Of a stretch of 5,647 nucleotides of DNA, positions 1 to 5,647 are shown piece by piece (positions within the stretch are counted from its first letter, which is position 1; each line of letters begins with the position of its first letter). Under the pieces are notes generated by a model. It was given only the letters and a program-made list of their open reading frames with translations. It did no database searches and was not told the DNA's origin. The position numbers were made by a program, and so were the translations under genes. The DNA comes from a virus (Duplodnaviria > Heunggongvirae > Uroviricota > Caudoviricetes): IMG/VR virus record IMGVR_UViG_2540341028_000011, positions 1-5,647 of that record; one strand, written 5' to 3'.

Positions 1-2
1 AT

Positions 3-188
3 CTCTGCTCTCATTGCCGTAAAACATGGCAACTACAGTTCACTTACACCGCCTCTCAGCCCGGTACGCACCAGAAAATCATTGATATGGCCATGAATGG
101 CGTCGGATGTCGCGCCAGTGCACGCATTATGGGCGTTGGCCTCAACACGGTTTTACGTCACTTAAAAAACTCAGGCCGCAGTCGGTAA
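3..188 (+). CDS. insA: IS1 InsA (5'-partial, C-terminal 61 codons, stop TAA 186-188)
   Basis: Frame 3 translates to [61 protein letters not shown], which matches the InsA C-terminus. It is not in the ORF track because the start lies upstream of the window. Confidence 0.85.
   Translation, partial: LCSHCRKTWQLQFTYTASQPGTHQKIIDMAMNGVGCRASARIMGVGLNTVLRHLKNSGRSR
162..170 (+). promoter_or_regulatory. IS1 programmed -1 ribosomal frameshift site (A6C slippery run)
   Basis: TTAAAAAAC lies just before the insA stop, at the position where IS1 makes the InsAB' fusion. Confidence 0.7.
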
Positions 189-202
189 CCTCGCGCATAT
201 AA

Positions 203-610
203 CCGGGCAGTGATGTGATTGTCTGCGCTGAAATGGACGAACAGTGGGGCTACGTCGGTGCTAAATCACGTCAGCGCTGGCTGTTTTACGCGTATGACAG
301 GATACGGAGGACGGTTGTGGCGCACGTCTTCGGTGAACGCACTCTGGCCACACTGGAGCGTCTTCTGAGCCTGCTGTCGGCCTTTGAGGTCGTGGTATGG
401 ATGACGGATGGCTGGCCGCTGTATGAATCACGCCTGAAGGGAAAGCTGCACGTTATCAGCAAGCGTTACACTCAGCGCATTGAGCGACATAATCTGAATC
501 TGAGACAACATCTGGCAAGGCTGGGACGGAAGTCACTGTCGTTCTCAAAATCGGTGGAGCTGCATGACAAGGTCATCGGGCATTATCTGAACATAAAACA
601 CTATCAGTAA
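203..610 (+). CDS. insB: IS1 insB reading frame (catalytic part of the InsAB' transposase); cut off from insA by a TAA at 200-202
   Basis: Frame 2 [29 protein letters not shown]...[15 protein letters not shown] (track 215..610) matches IS1 InsB. The frame is normally entered by a -1 frameshift at the A6C site, but here it hits TAA 11 codons after that site. Confidence 0.85.
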   Translation, partial: PGSDVIVCAEMDEQWGYVGAKSRQRWLFYAYDRIRRTVVAHVFGERTLATLERLLSLLSAFEVVVWMTDGWPLYESRLKGKLHVISKRYTQRIERHNLNLRQHLARLGRKSLSFSKSVELHDKVIGHYLNIKHYQ

Positions 611-611
611 G

Positions 612-1643
612 TTGGAGTCATTACCCGCCGACTGCCTGGAATTTATCTGGTCGTTACCCGAAAATTCTGTTGACCTGATAGTCACGGACCCGCCGTACTT
701 TAAAGTGAAGCCTGAGGGCTGGGATAACCAGTGGAAGGGCGACGATGATTACCTGAAGTGGCTGGAGCAGTGTCTGGCGCAGTTCTGGCGGGTGCTGAAA
801 CCTGCCGGAAGTCTTTACCTGTTCTGTGGTCATCGCCTGGCATCTGATATCGAAATCATGATGCGTGAACGCTTCAGTGTGCTGAACCATATTATCTGAG
901 CGAAGCCGTCCGGACGCTGGAACGGATGCAACAAGGAAAGCCTGCGGGCGTATTTCCCCGCCACAGAGCGCATTCTGTTCGCGGAACATTATCAGGGGCC
1001 GTACCGCCCGAAAGATGATGGCTATGAGGCGAAGGGCAGTGCACTGAAACAGCATGTGATGGCCCCGCTGATTTCTTACTTTCGTGATGCGCGAGCTGCC
1101 CTGGGGATAACGGCAAAACAGATTGCAGATGCCACAGGAAAGAAAAACATGGTGTCGCACTGGTTCAGTGCCAGTCAGTGGCAGTTGCCGAATGAAAGCG
1201 ATTATCTGAAATTACAGGCGCTGTTTGCCCGGGTGGCAGAAGAGAAGCATCGGCGTGGTGAACTGGAAAAGCTCCACCACCAGCTGGTGGATACGTATAC
1301 CTCACTGAACCGGCAGTATGCGGAGCTGCTGAGTGAATATAAACATCTGCGGCGGTATTTTGGCGTGACGGTGCAGGTGCCGTATACCGATGTGTGGACG
1401 CATAAACCGGTGCAGTTCTATCCCGGGAAACATCCGTGCGAAAAACCGGCAGAAATGCTGCAGCAGATAATCAGCGCTAGCAGTCGTCCGGGTGACCTGA
1501 TTGCAGATTTTTTCATGGGGTCGGGTTCGACAGTGAAAGCGGCACTGGCGCTCGGGCGTCGTGCAATTGGCGTTGAGCTGGAGACTGAACGTTTTGAGCA
1601 GACGGTTCGGGAAGTACAGGATTTAGTCAGCCAGAACGGATGA
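612..1643 (+). pseudogene. Phage-type beta-class DNA (probably N6-adenine) methyltransferase, disrupted: 5' end replaced by the IS1 terminus and an in-frame TGA at 897-899
   Basis: Track ORFs 612..899 and 1056..1643 are in the same frame (frame 3), and the only stop between them is TGA 897-899. Motif IV DLIVTDPPY is near the N-terminus and the AdoMet-binding motif DFFMGSGST near the C-terminus, which is the beta-class order. The first five codons (TTG-GAG-TCA-TTA-CCC) are IS1 terminal sequence, so the native start is lost. Confidence 0.8.
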
Positions 1644-1645
1644 TA

Positions 1646-1674
1646 TTGAAGAATTAATTACGCGTCGTTATTAT
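1646..1674 (+). promoter_or_regulatory. Sigma70-type promoter for the tRNA cluster (-35 TTGAAG 1646-1651, 17 bp spacer, -10 TATTAT 1669-1674, GC-rich discriminator GCGGC)
   Basis: The hexamers and spacing put the predicted start about 1681-1683, just before the first tRNA at 1684. A GC-rich discriminator is typical of stable-RNA promoters. Confidence 0.55.
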
Positions 1675-1683
1675 GCGGCTCCC

Positions 1684-1759
1684 GGCCCTTTAGCTCAGTG
1701 GTGAGAGCGAGCGACTCATAATCGCCAGGTCGCTGGTTCAAATCCAGCAAGGGCCACCA
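1684..1759 (+). tRNA. ileZ: tRNA-Ile2-like, anticodon CAU (lysidine type; elongator Met not strictly excluded), 76 nt with encoded CCA
   Basis: Cloverleaf reads directly: acceptor GGCCCTT/AAGGGCC, anticodon loop CTCATAA, T-loop GGTTCAAATCC, 3' ACCA. It closely resembles E. coli ileX from memory, including C4 and C5 in the acceptor stem. Confidence 0.85.
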
Positions 1760-1766
1760 TCACATA

Positions 1767-1843
1767 CCGCCATTAGCTCATCAGGAAAGAGCGCCAGCCT
1801 TCGAAGCTGGCTGCGCGGGGTTCAAGTCCCCGATGGCGGTCCA
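1767..1843 (+). tRNA. argN: tRNA-Arg, anticodon UCG (decodes CGA, rare in E. coli), 77 nt with encoded CCA
   Basis: Acceptor CCGCCAT/ATGGCGG, anticodon stem CCAGC/GCTGG with loop CTTCGAA, T-arm CGGGG-TTCAAGT-CCCCG, then discriminator plus CCA. Confidence 0.85.
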
Positions 1844-1856
1844 TTATCTGCATCAT

Positions 1857-1933
1857 GCGTTGTTAGCTCAGCCGGACAGAGCAATTGCCTTCTAAGCAAT
1901 CGGTCACTGGTTCGAATCCAGTACAACGCGCCA
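1857..1933 (+). tRNA. argO: tRNA-Arg, anticodon UCU (argU-like, decodes AGA/AGG), 77 nt with encoded CCA
   Basis: Acceptor GCGTTGT/ACAACGC, anticodon stem ATTGC/GCAAT with loop CTTCTAA, T-arm ACTGG-TTCGAAT-CCAGT, 3' GCCA. It resembles E. coli argU from memory. Confidence 0.9.
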
Positions 1934-1948
1934 CACTTATTTTCCCTG

Positions 1949-1973
1949 GCTCGCTTTTGCGGGCTTTTTTTTT
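1949..1973 (+). terminator. Rho-independent terminator closing the tRNA cluster
   Basis: Hairpin GCTCGC-TTTT-GCGGGC (6 bp with one G-U pair) followed directly by a run of nine T. Confidence 0.6.
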
Positions 1974-2170
1974 AAATGTCTCACAATTCAGACGGTTGAC
2001 TGTTGTCTGGTTTGCGGGGAGTTTGTTAAAAGAAACTGGCATGGTGAATCCCCCTGTGCGGAGGGGCAATCAGCGAGTAGGTATATGGGATAATCGCGGA
2101 TTCAGGTGCTGGTACTGAATTCACCGGGAGGCACCCGGCACCATGCAATGGCACATAGCGCCACTCTCCA

Positions 2171-2197
2171 GCCCCTCTCCGGAGGGGCTTTCTTGTG
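2171..2197 (+). terminator. Rho-independent terminator-like hairpin (plus strand)
   Basis: Perfect 7 bp stem GCCCCTC/GAGGGGC with tetraloop TCCG, followed by TTTCTTGTG. Confidence 0.55.
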
Positions 2198-2200
2198 GGC

Positions 2201-2229
2201 AAAAAAAGCCCGCGCTGGGAGACGCGGGC
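2201..2229 (-). terminator. Rho-independent terminator on the minus strand, convergent with the one at 2171-2197
   Basis: The plus strand reads A7-GCCCGCG-CTGGGAGA-CGCGGGC, so the minus strand reads a 7 bp GC stem followed by TTTTTTT. Confidence 0.55.
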
Positions 2230-2422
2230 GGCAAGGAATAAACAATAAAACGTGAAGTAATATTTCAGCTGGCGAATAATACCCCATAGTAGTCACTCTG
2301 CGCAACTGCGCGGTCTTTTTCGAATTGCGGGCTGTCGTCTCTCTTCTGCCATTGTCCTGTAACTTCCGGACTTCAGCCCGCTCCTCATTTTACTCACAAT
2401 ATTATCCCGGCCGGGAGGATTC

Positions 2423-3502
2423 ATGGCTTTTAAACACTATGATGTTGTCAGGGCGGCGTCGCCGTCAGATCTTGCGGAAAAGCTGACACATAAACTGAAA
2501 GAGGGCTGGCAGCCGTTTGGTAGTCCGGTGGCCATAACCCCTTATACTCTGATGCAGGCGATTGCAGCAGAAGGTGCAGTAATCAGCGCCACCAGCGACC
2601 CGGAGTATTACTTTGTTGTGGTTCTGGCAGGGCAGTCAAACGGCATGTCGTATGGTGAAGGCCTTCCGCTGCCGGGGACATATGACCGTCCGGACCCGCG
2701 TATTAAGCAACTGGCGCGTCGCAGTACGGTGACACCGGGCGGTGCAGCATGCAAATATAACGACATCATTCTGGCGGACCATTGTCTGCATGATGTGCAG
2801 GACATGAGCCGTCTTAACCATCCGAAAGCGGACCTGTCAAAGGGGCAGTACGGAACCGTGGGGCAGGGGCTGCATATCGCCAAAAAACTGCTGCCGTTTA
2901 TACCGGCGAATGCGGGCATTCTGCTGGTTCCGTGCTGTCGTGGTGGTTCAGCGTTCACCACCGGAGCTGATGGCACATACAGTGACGCGAGTGGTGCCTC
3001 GGAGAATTCAACCCGCTGGGGTGTGGACAAGCCGCTGTATAAGGACCTTATCGGTCGAACAAAAGCGGCACTGGAGAAGAACCCGAAAAATGTGCTGTTT
3101 GCCGTGGTGTGGATGCAGGGGGAATTTGATTTTGGCGGTACGCCGGCAAATCATGCCGCACAGTTTGGTGCGCTGGTTGATAAATTCCGTGCAGACCTGG
3201 CGGATATGGCAGGCCAGTGCGTCGGTGGCTCTGCTGGCGGTGTTCCCTGGATATGCGGGGACACGACGTATTTCTGGAAGCAGAAGAACGAATCCACGTA
3301 CCAGACGGTGTACGGCAGCTATAAAAATAAAACGGAAAAGAATATCCATTTCGTACCGTTCATGACCGATGAGAACGGGGTGAATGTGCCGACGAACAAA
3401 CCGGAAGAAGACCCGGACATTCGGGGTATCGGTTATTACGGTTCGAAATGGCGTGACAGCTCAGCCACCTGGACGTCACAGGACAGGGCGAGCCATTTCT
3501 AG
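2423..3502 (+). CDS. nanS-p: Prophage NanS-p-like sialate 9-O-acetylesterase (N-terminal DUF1737-like segment plus SGNH/SASA esterase domain), 3'-truncated by IS2
   Basis: 359 aa ORF with GGAGG 6 nt upstream of the ATG. The GQSNGMSYGEGLPLP block and the following sequence resemble E. coli NanS/YjhS and the prophage esterase found downstream of stx, from memory. The stop TAG 3500-3502 is the first three bases of the IS2 left end. Confidence 0.8.
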   Translation: MAFKHYDVVRAASPSDLAEKLTHKLKEGWQPFGSPVAITPYTLMQAIAAEGAVISATSDPEYYFVVVLAGQSNGMSYGEGLPLPGTYDRPDPRIKQLARRSTVTPGGAACKYNDIILADHCLHDVQDMSRLNHPKADLSKGQYGTVGQGLHIAKKLLPFIPANAGILLVPCCRGGSAFTTGADGTYSDASGASENSTRWGVDKPLYKDLIGRTKAALEKNPKNVLFAVVWMQGEFDFGGTPANHAAQFGALVDKFRADLADMAGQCVGGSAGGVPWICGDTTYFWKQKNESTYQTVYGSYKNKTEKNIHFVPFMTDENGVNVPTNKPEEDPDIRGIGYYGSKWRDSSATWTSQDRASHF

Positions 3503-3837
3503 ACTGGCCCCCTGAATCTCCAGACAACCAGTATCACTTAAATAAGTGATAGTCTTAATACTAGTTTTTAGACTAGTCATTGGAGTACAGATGATTGATG
3601 TCTTAGGGCCGGAGAAACGCAGACGGCGTACCACACAGGAAAAGATCGCAATTGTTCAGCAGAGCTTTGAACCGGGGATGACGGTCTCCCTCGTTGCCCG
3701 GCAACATGGTGTAGCAGCCAGCCAGTTATTTCTCTGGCGTAAGCAATACCAGGAAGGAAGTCTTACTGCTGTGGCCGCCGGAGAACAGGTTGTTCCTGCC
3801 TCTGAACTTGCTGCCGCCATGAAGCAGATTAAAGAAC
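3500..3837 (+). mobile_element. IS2 left-end fragment (left terminal repeat TAGACTGGCCCCCTGAATCTCCAGACAACC...), interrupted by IS629
   Basis: The terminal sequence and the start of the InsC reading frame match IS2 from memory. The element breaks off at about 3837, where the IS629 terminal repeat begins. Confidence 0.85.
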
Positions 3838-3839
3838 TG
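3591..3839 (+). pseudogene. insC: IS2 orfA (InsC) N-terminal fragment, about 83 codons, truncated by the IS629 insertion
   Basis: [56 protein letters not shown]...MKQIKEL follows a GGAG ribosome-binding site. After KEL the frame runs into the IS629 repeat, giving NRPGNPGD*. The track start at 3546 is probably an upstream over-extension. Confidence 0.85.
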
Positions 3840-3891
3840 AACCGCCCCGGGAATCCTGGAGACTAAACTCCCTGAGAAAGAGGTAAACAGG

Positions 3892-4218
3892 ATGACTAAA
3901 AATACTCGTTTTTCCCCCGAAGTCCGTCAGAGGGCGATTCGTATGGTTCTGGAAAGTCAGGGCGAATATGACTCACAGTGGGCGGCAATTTGTTCCATTG
4001 CCCCAAAGATTGGCTGTATACCGGAGACTCTGCGTGTCTGGGTACGCCAGCATGAGCGGGATACCGGAGGCGGTGATGGCGGGCTCACCACCGCTGAACG
4101 TCAGCGTCTGAAAGAGCTGGAACGTGAAAATCGTGAACTGCGCCGCAGTAACGATATCCTTCGCCAGGCTTCCGCTTATTTTGCGAAGGCGGAGTTCGAC
4201 CGCCTCTGGAAAAAGTGA
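3892..4218 (+). CDS. IS629 OrfA (IS3-family helix-turn-helix / leucine-zipper transposase subunit)
   Basis: 108 aa [33 protein letters not shown]...[36 protein letters not shown] with AAGAGG ribosome-binding site. An A-rich run GGAAAAAG sits at the orfA end, where IS3-family frameshifting occurs. Confidence 0.9.
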   Translation: MTKNTRFSPEVRQRAIRMVLESQGEYDSQWAAICSIAPKIGCIPETLRVWVRQHERDTGGGDGGLTTAERQRLKELERENRELRRSNDILRQASAYFAKAEFDRLWKK

Positions 4219-4826
4219 TGCCACTGCTGGATAAGCTGCGTAAGCTGTACGGGGTCGGACCGGTATGCAGTGAACTACATATTGCCCCGTCAACGTATTA
4301 CCACTGTCAGCAACAGCGACATCATCCTGATAAACGCAGTGCCCGTGCGCAGCGCGATGACTGGCTGAAGAAAGAGATACTGCGCGTATACGATGGGAAT
4401 CATCAGGTATACGGTGTGCGTAAAGTCTGGCGTCAGTTGTTACGGGAAGGTATCAGAGTGGCCAGATGCACTGTGGCACGTCTCATGGCGGTTATGGGAC
4501 TTGCCGGTGTTCTCCGGGGTAAAAAGGTCCGTACGACCATCAGCCGGAAAGCCGTTGCCGCAGGCGACCGCGTAAACCGTCAGTTCGTGGCAGAACGACC
4601 TGACCAGCTGTGGGTGGCTGATTTTACTTACGTCAGCACATGGCAGGGCTTCGTCTATGTGGCGTTCATTATTGATGTGTTTGCCGGATACATCGTGGGG
4701 TGGCGGGTCTCATCGTCCATGGAAACGACATTCGTGCTGGATGCTCTGGAGCAGGCGTTATGGGCCCGTCGACCGTCCGGCACGGTCCATCACAGTGATA
4801 AAGGTTCTCAGTATGTATCGCTGGCC
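4215..4826 (+). pseudogene. IS629 OrfB (DDE transposase catalytic domain), 3'-truncated with the third catalytic residue region missing
   Basis: Frame -1 relative to orfA. Contains WVADFTYV and HHSDKGSQY, the first two acidic-residue motifs of an IS3-family DD(35)E domain. The ORF then reads 4 codons into the next element (VSVN*), so the E-containing region is absent. Confidence 0.85.
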
Positions 4827-4912
4827 GTAAGCGTAAACTGACCGCCGTATGTAGCCATTAAGCCTGTATTGGTAACGTAGGTGCCCACCTTTTCAACTAG
4901 TGGACACCTGTT

Positions 4913-5332
4913 ATGGAACAGAAAGCATTATCTGCAGAACCCCGCAGATCATTTTCAAATGAGTTTAAACTTCAAATGGTTAAACTGGCTTCACAACCAG
5001 GAGCCTCTGTTGCCCGTATTGCCCGGGAACACGATATCAATGATAACCTGCTGTTCAAATGGCTCAGGCTCTGGCAGAACGAAGGGCGCATATCGCGGCG
5101 TCTTCCGGTAACAACCTCTTCTGACACTGGCGTTGAATTATTACCTGTGGAGATAACGCCGGATGAGCCGAAAGAACCTGTGGCTGCTCTTACTTCGTCT
5201 TTATCTACTCAGACTACTGTTAGTGCCAGCTCCTGCAAGGTGGAGTTCCGTCACGGTAACATGACGCTGGAAAATCCTTCACCAGAGCTGCTCACAGTGT
5301 TGATCCGTGAACTGACCGGGAGGGGACGATGA
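4913..5332 (+). CDS. tnpA: IS66-family accessory protein TnpA (helix-turn-helix)
   Basis: 139 aa ORF MEQKALSAEPRRSFSNEFKLQMVKLASQPGASVARIAREHDINDNLLFKWLRLWQNEG..., with the stop overlapping the next start. Confidence 0.8.
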   Translation: MEQKALSAEPRRSFSNEFKLQMVKLASQPGASVARIAREHDINDNLLFKWLRLWQNEGRISRRLPVTTSSDTGVELLPVEITPDEPKEPVAALTSSLSTQTTVSASSCKVEFRHGNMTLENPSPELLTVLIRELTGRGR

Positions 5333-5647
5333 TCTCACTCCCGTCAGGCACCCGCATCTGGCTCGTTGCTGGGATAACCGATATGCGTAAGTCTTTCAAC
5401 GGGCTGGGTGAACAGGTACAGCATGTGCTGAATGATAATCCCTTCTCCGGTCACCTGTTCATCTTCCGTGGCCGACGGGGTGACATGATTAAAATCCTGT
5501 GGGCTGATGCTGATGGTCTGTGCCTGTTCACCAGACGCCTGGAGGAAGGCCAGTTTATCTGGCCTGCTGTGCGTGACGGCAAGGTATCCATTACCCGCTC
5601 GCAACTGGCAATGCTCCTCGATAAGCTGGACTGGCGTCAGCCAAAAA
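5329..5647 (+). CDS. tnpB: IS66-family TnpB (Orf2), 5' part; open to the window edge, so absent from the ORF track
   Basis: Frame 1 from ATG 5329 translates without a stop to MISLPSGTRIWLVAGITDMRKSFNGLGEQVQHVLNDNPFSGHLFIFRGRRGDMIKILWADADGLCLFTRRLEEGQFIWPAVRDGKVSITRSQLAMLLDKLDWRQPK, recognisable as IS66 TnpB. Confidence 0.85.
   Translation, partial: MISLPSGTRIWLVAGITDMRKSFNGLGEQVQHVLNDNPFSGHLFIFRGRRGDMIKILWADADGLCLFTRRLEEGQFIWPAVRDGKVSITRSQLAMLLDKLDWRQPK

Larger units (their letters stand above)
1..625 (+). mobile_element. IS1 insertion sequence, 3' portion (window starts inside insA); right terminal repeat ends ...GTTGGAGTCATTACC at 625
   Basis: The insA C-terminal reading frame and the insB frame are recognisable, with the A6C slippery motif (TTAAAAAAC, 162-170) between them. 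The terminal sequence at 603-625 matches the IS1 right end from memory. A full IS1 is about 768 bp, so roughly 140 bp lie left of the window. Confidence 0.9.
3838..4826 (+). mobile_element. IS629-like IS3-family element (left end TGAACCGCCCCGGG...), about 990 bp, right end missing
   Basis: The left terminal repeat and the orfA/orfB arrangement in a -1 frame relationship match IS629 (about 1.3 kb) from memory. The sequence diverges from IS629 after ...GTATCGCTGGCC at 4826. Confidence 0.85.
4827..5647 (+). mobile_element. IS66-family element, left end (terminal repeat starting GTAAGCG) with tnpA and the start of tnpB; continues beyond the window
   Basis: GTAAGCG at 4827 is the typical IS66-family terminus. 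It is followed by two small overlapping ORFs (ATGA overlap at 5329-5332) with TnpA- and TnpB-like sequence. Confidence 0.8.

Noticed and set aside
897-899. TGA in the methyltransferase as programmed recoding (selenocysteine or read-through)
   Set aside because: No SECIS-like hairpin follows immediately, and the context suggests an ordinary Trp codon mutated to a stop. Pseudogenisation is the simpler explanation, especially with the IS1 hit at the 5' end.
654-1160. Minus-strand ORFs of 168 aa (654..1160) and 74 aa (892..1116) inside the methyltransferase region
   Set aside because: They are antisense to a clearly recognisable methyltransferase frame, with no ribosome-binding site and no recognisable motifs. 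Typical spurious frames in GC-balanced coding DNA.
2143-2241. 32-codon mini-ORF with GGAGG 11 nt upstream
   Set aside because: The frame passes through two stable terminator hairpins and the product is Pro/Gly/Ala-rich low complexity, so it is probably fortuitous. It is kept only as a caveat in the plus-strand transcript finding.
1863-2305. Short ORFs 1863..2069 (-), 1885..2118 (+) and 2102..2305 (-) in the tRNA and spacer region
   Set aside because: They overlap the third tRNA or run through terminator hairpins, lack ribosome-binding sites, and give low-complexity translations. Judged noncoding.
1934-2422. Possible Shiga toxin (stxA/stxB) or other toxin cargo between the tRNAs and nanS-p
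   Set aside because: No ORF of suitable size, no signal-peptide-like start, and none of the six-frame translations resembles the A or B subunit. The slot is judged empty.
2608-3365. Alternative-frame ORFs inside nanS-p (2608..3030 -, 2636..2821 -, 2910..3365 +, 3008..3349 -)
   Set aside because: Fully embedded in a well-supported esterase reading frame, with Arg/Cys-rich translations typical of off-frame artefacts.
3973-4575. ORFs 3973..4293 (-) and 4393..4575 (+) inside IS629
   Set aside because: They overlap the IS629 orfA/orfB frames and have no independent support.
4881-5111. 76 aa ORF overlapping IS66 tnpA in another frame
   Set aside because: It starts within the terminal repeat region and overlaps the better-supported tnpA frame. 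No motifs.
5344-5604. 86 aa minus-strand ORF antisense to tnpB
   Set aside because: The forward-strand frame is clearly TnpB and open to the window edge, so the antisense frame is judged spurious.
1-5647. CRISPR arrays, integrons, toxin-antitoxin pairs or a novel defence operon
   Set aside because: No regularly spaced direct repeats, no attC-like sites, and no unexplained adjacent small ORF pairs. All coding capacity is accounted for by IS elements, the methyltransferase pseudogene, tRNAs and nanS-p.

Overview
The window looks like an enterobacterial (E. coli/Shigella-like) lambdoid prophage late-region fragment, heavily decayed by insertion sequences. All calls rest on reading the sequence and on recalled family signatures; no database search was run. 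Every feature is on the + strand except one hairpin. Left to right: the 3' 625 bp of an IS1 copy; a beta-class DNA methyltransferase pseudogene (DPPY ... FxGxG), cut at its 5' end by IS1 and carrying an in-frame TGA; a promoter-driven cluster of three tRNAs (Ile2 CAU, Arg UCG, Arg UCU) with a terminator; a 489 bp ORF-free spacer with convergent hairpin terminators; a nanS-p-like sialate O-acetylesterase gene (DUF1737 + SGNH/GQSN domain) cut at its 3' end by IS2; then IS2 interrupted by IS629, and IS629 in turn cut off by an IS66-family element that runs off the window. The methyltransferase - tRNA - esterase order is the arrangement known to flank stxAB in Shiga-toxin converting phages, but no stx-like ORF is present. 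I find no convincing novel defence or toxin system. The most interesting unexplained signal is the terminator-rich spacer, which could encode a small RNA on the minus strand.
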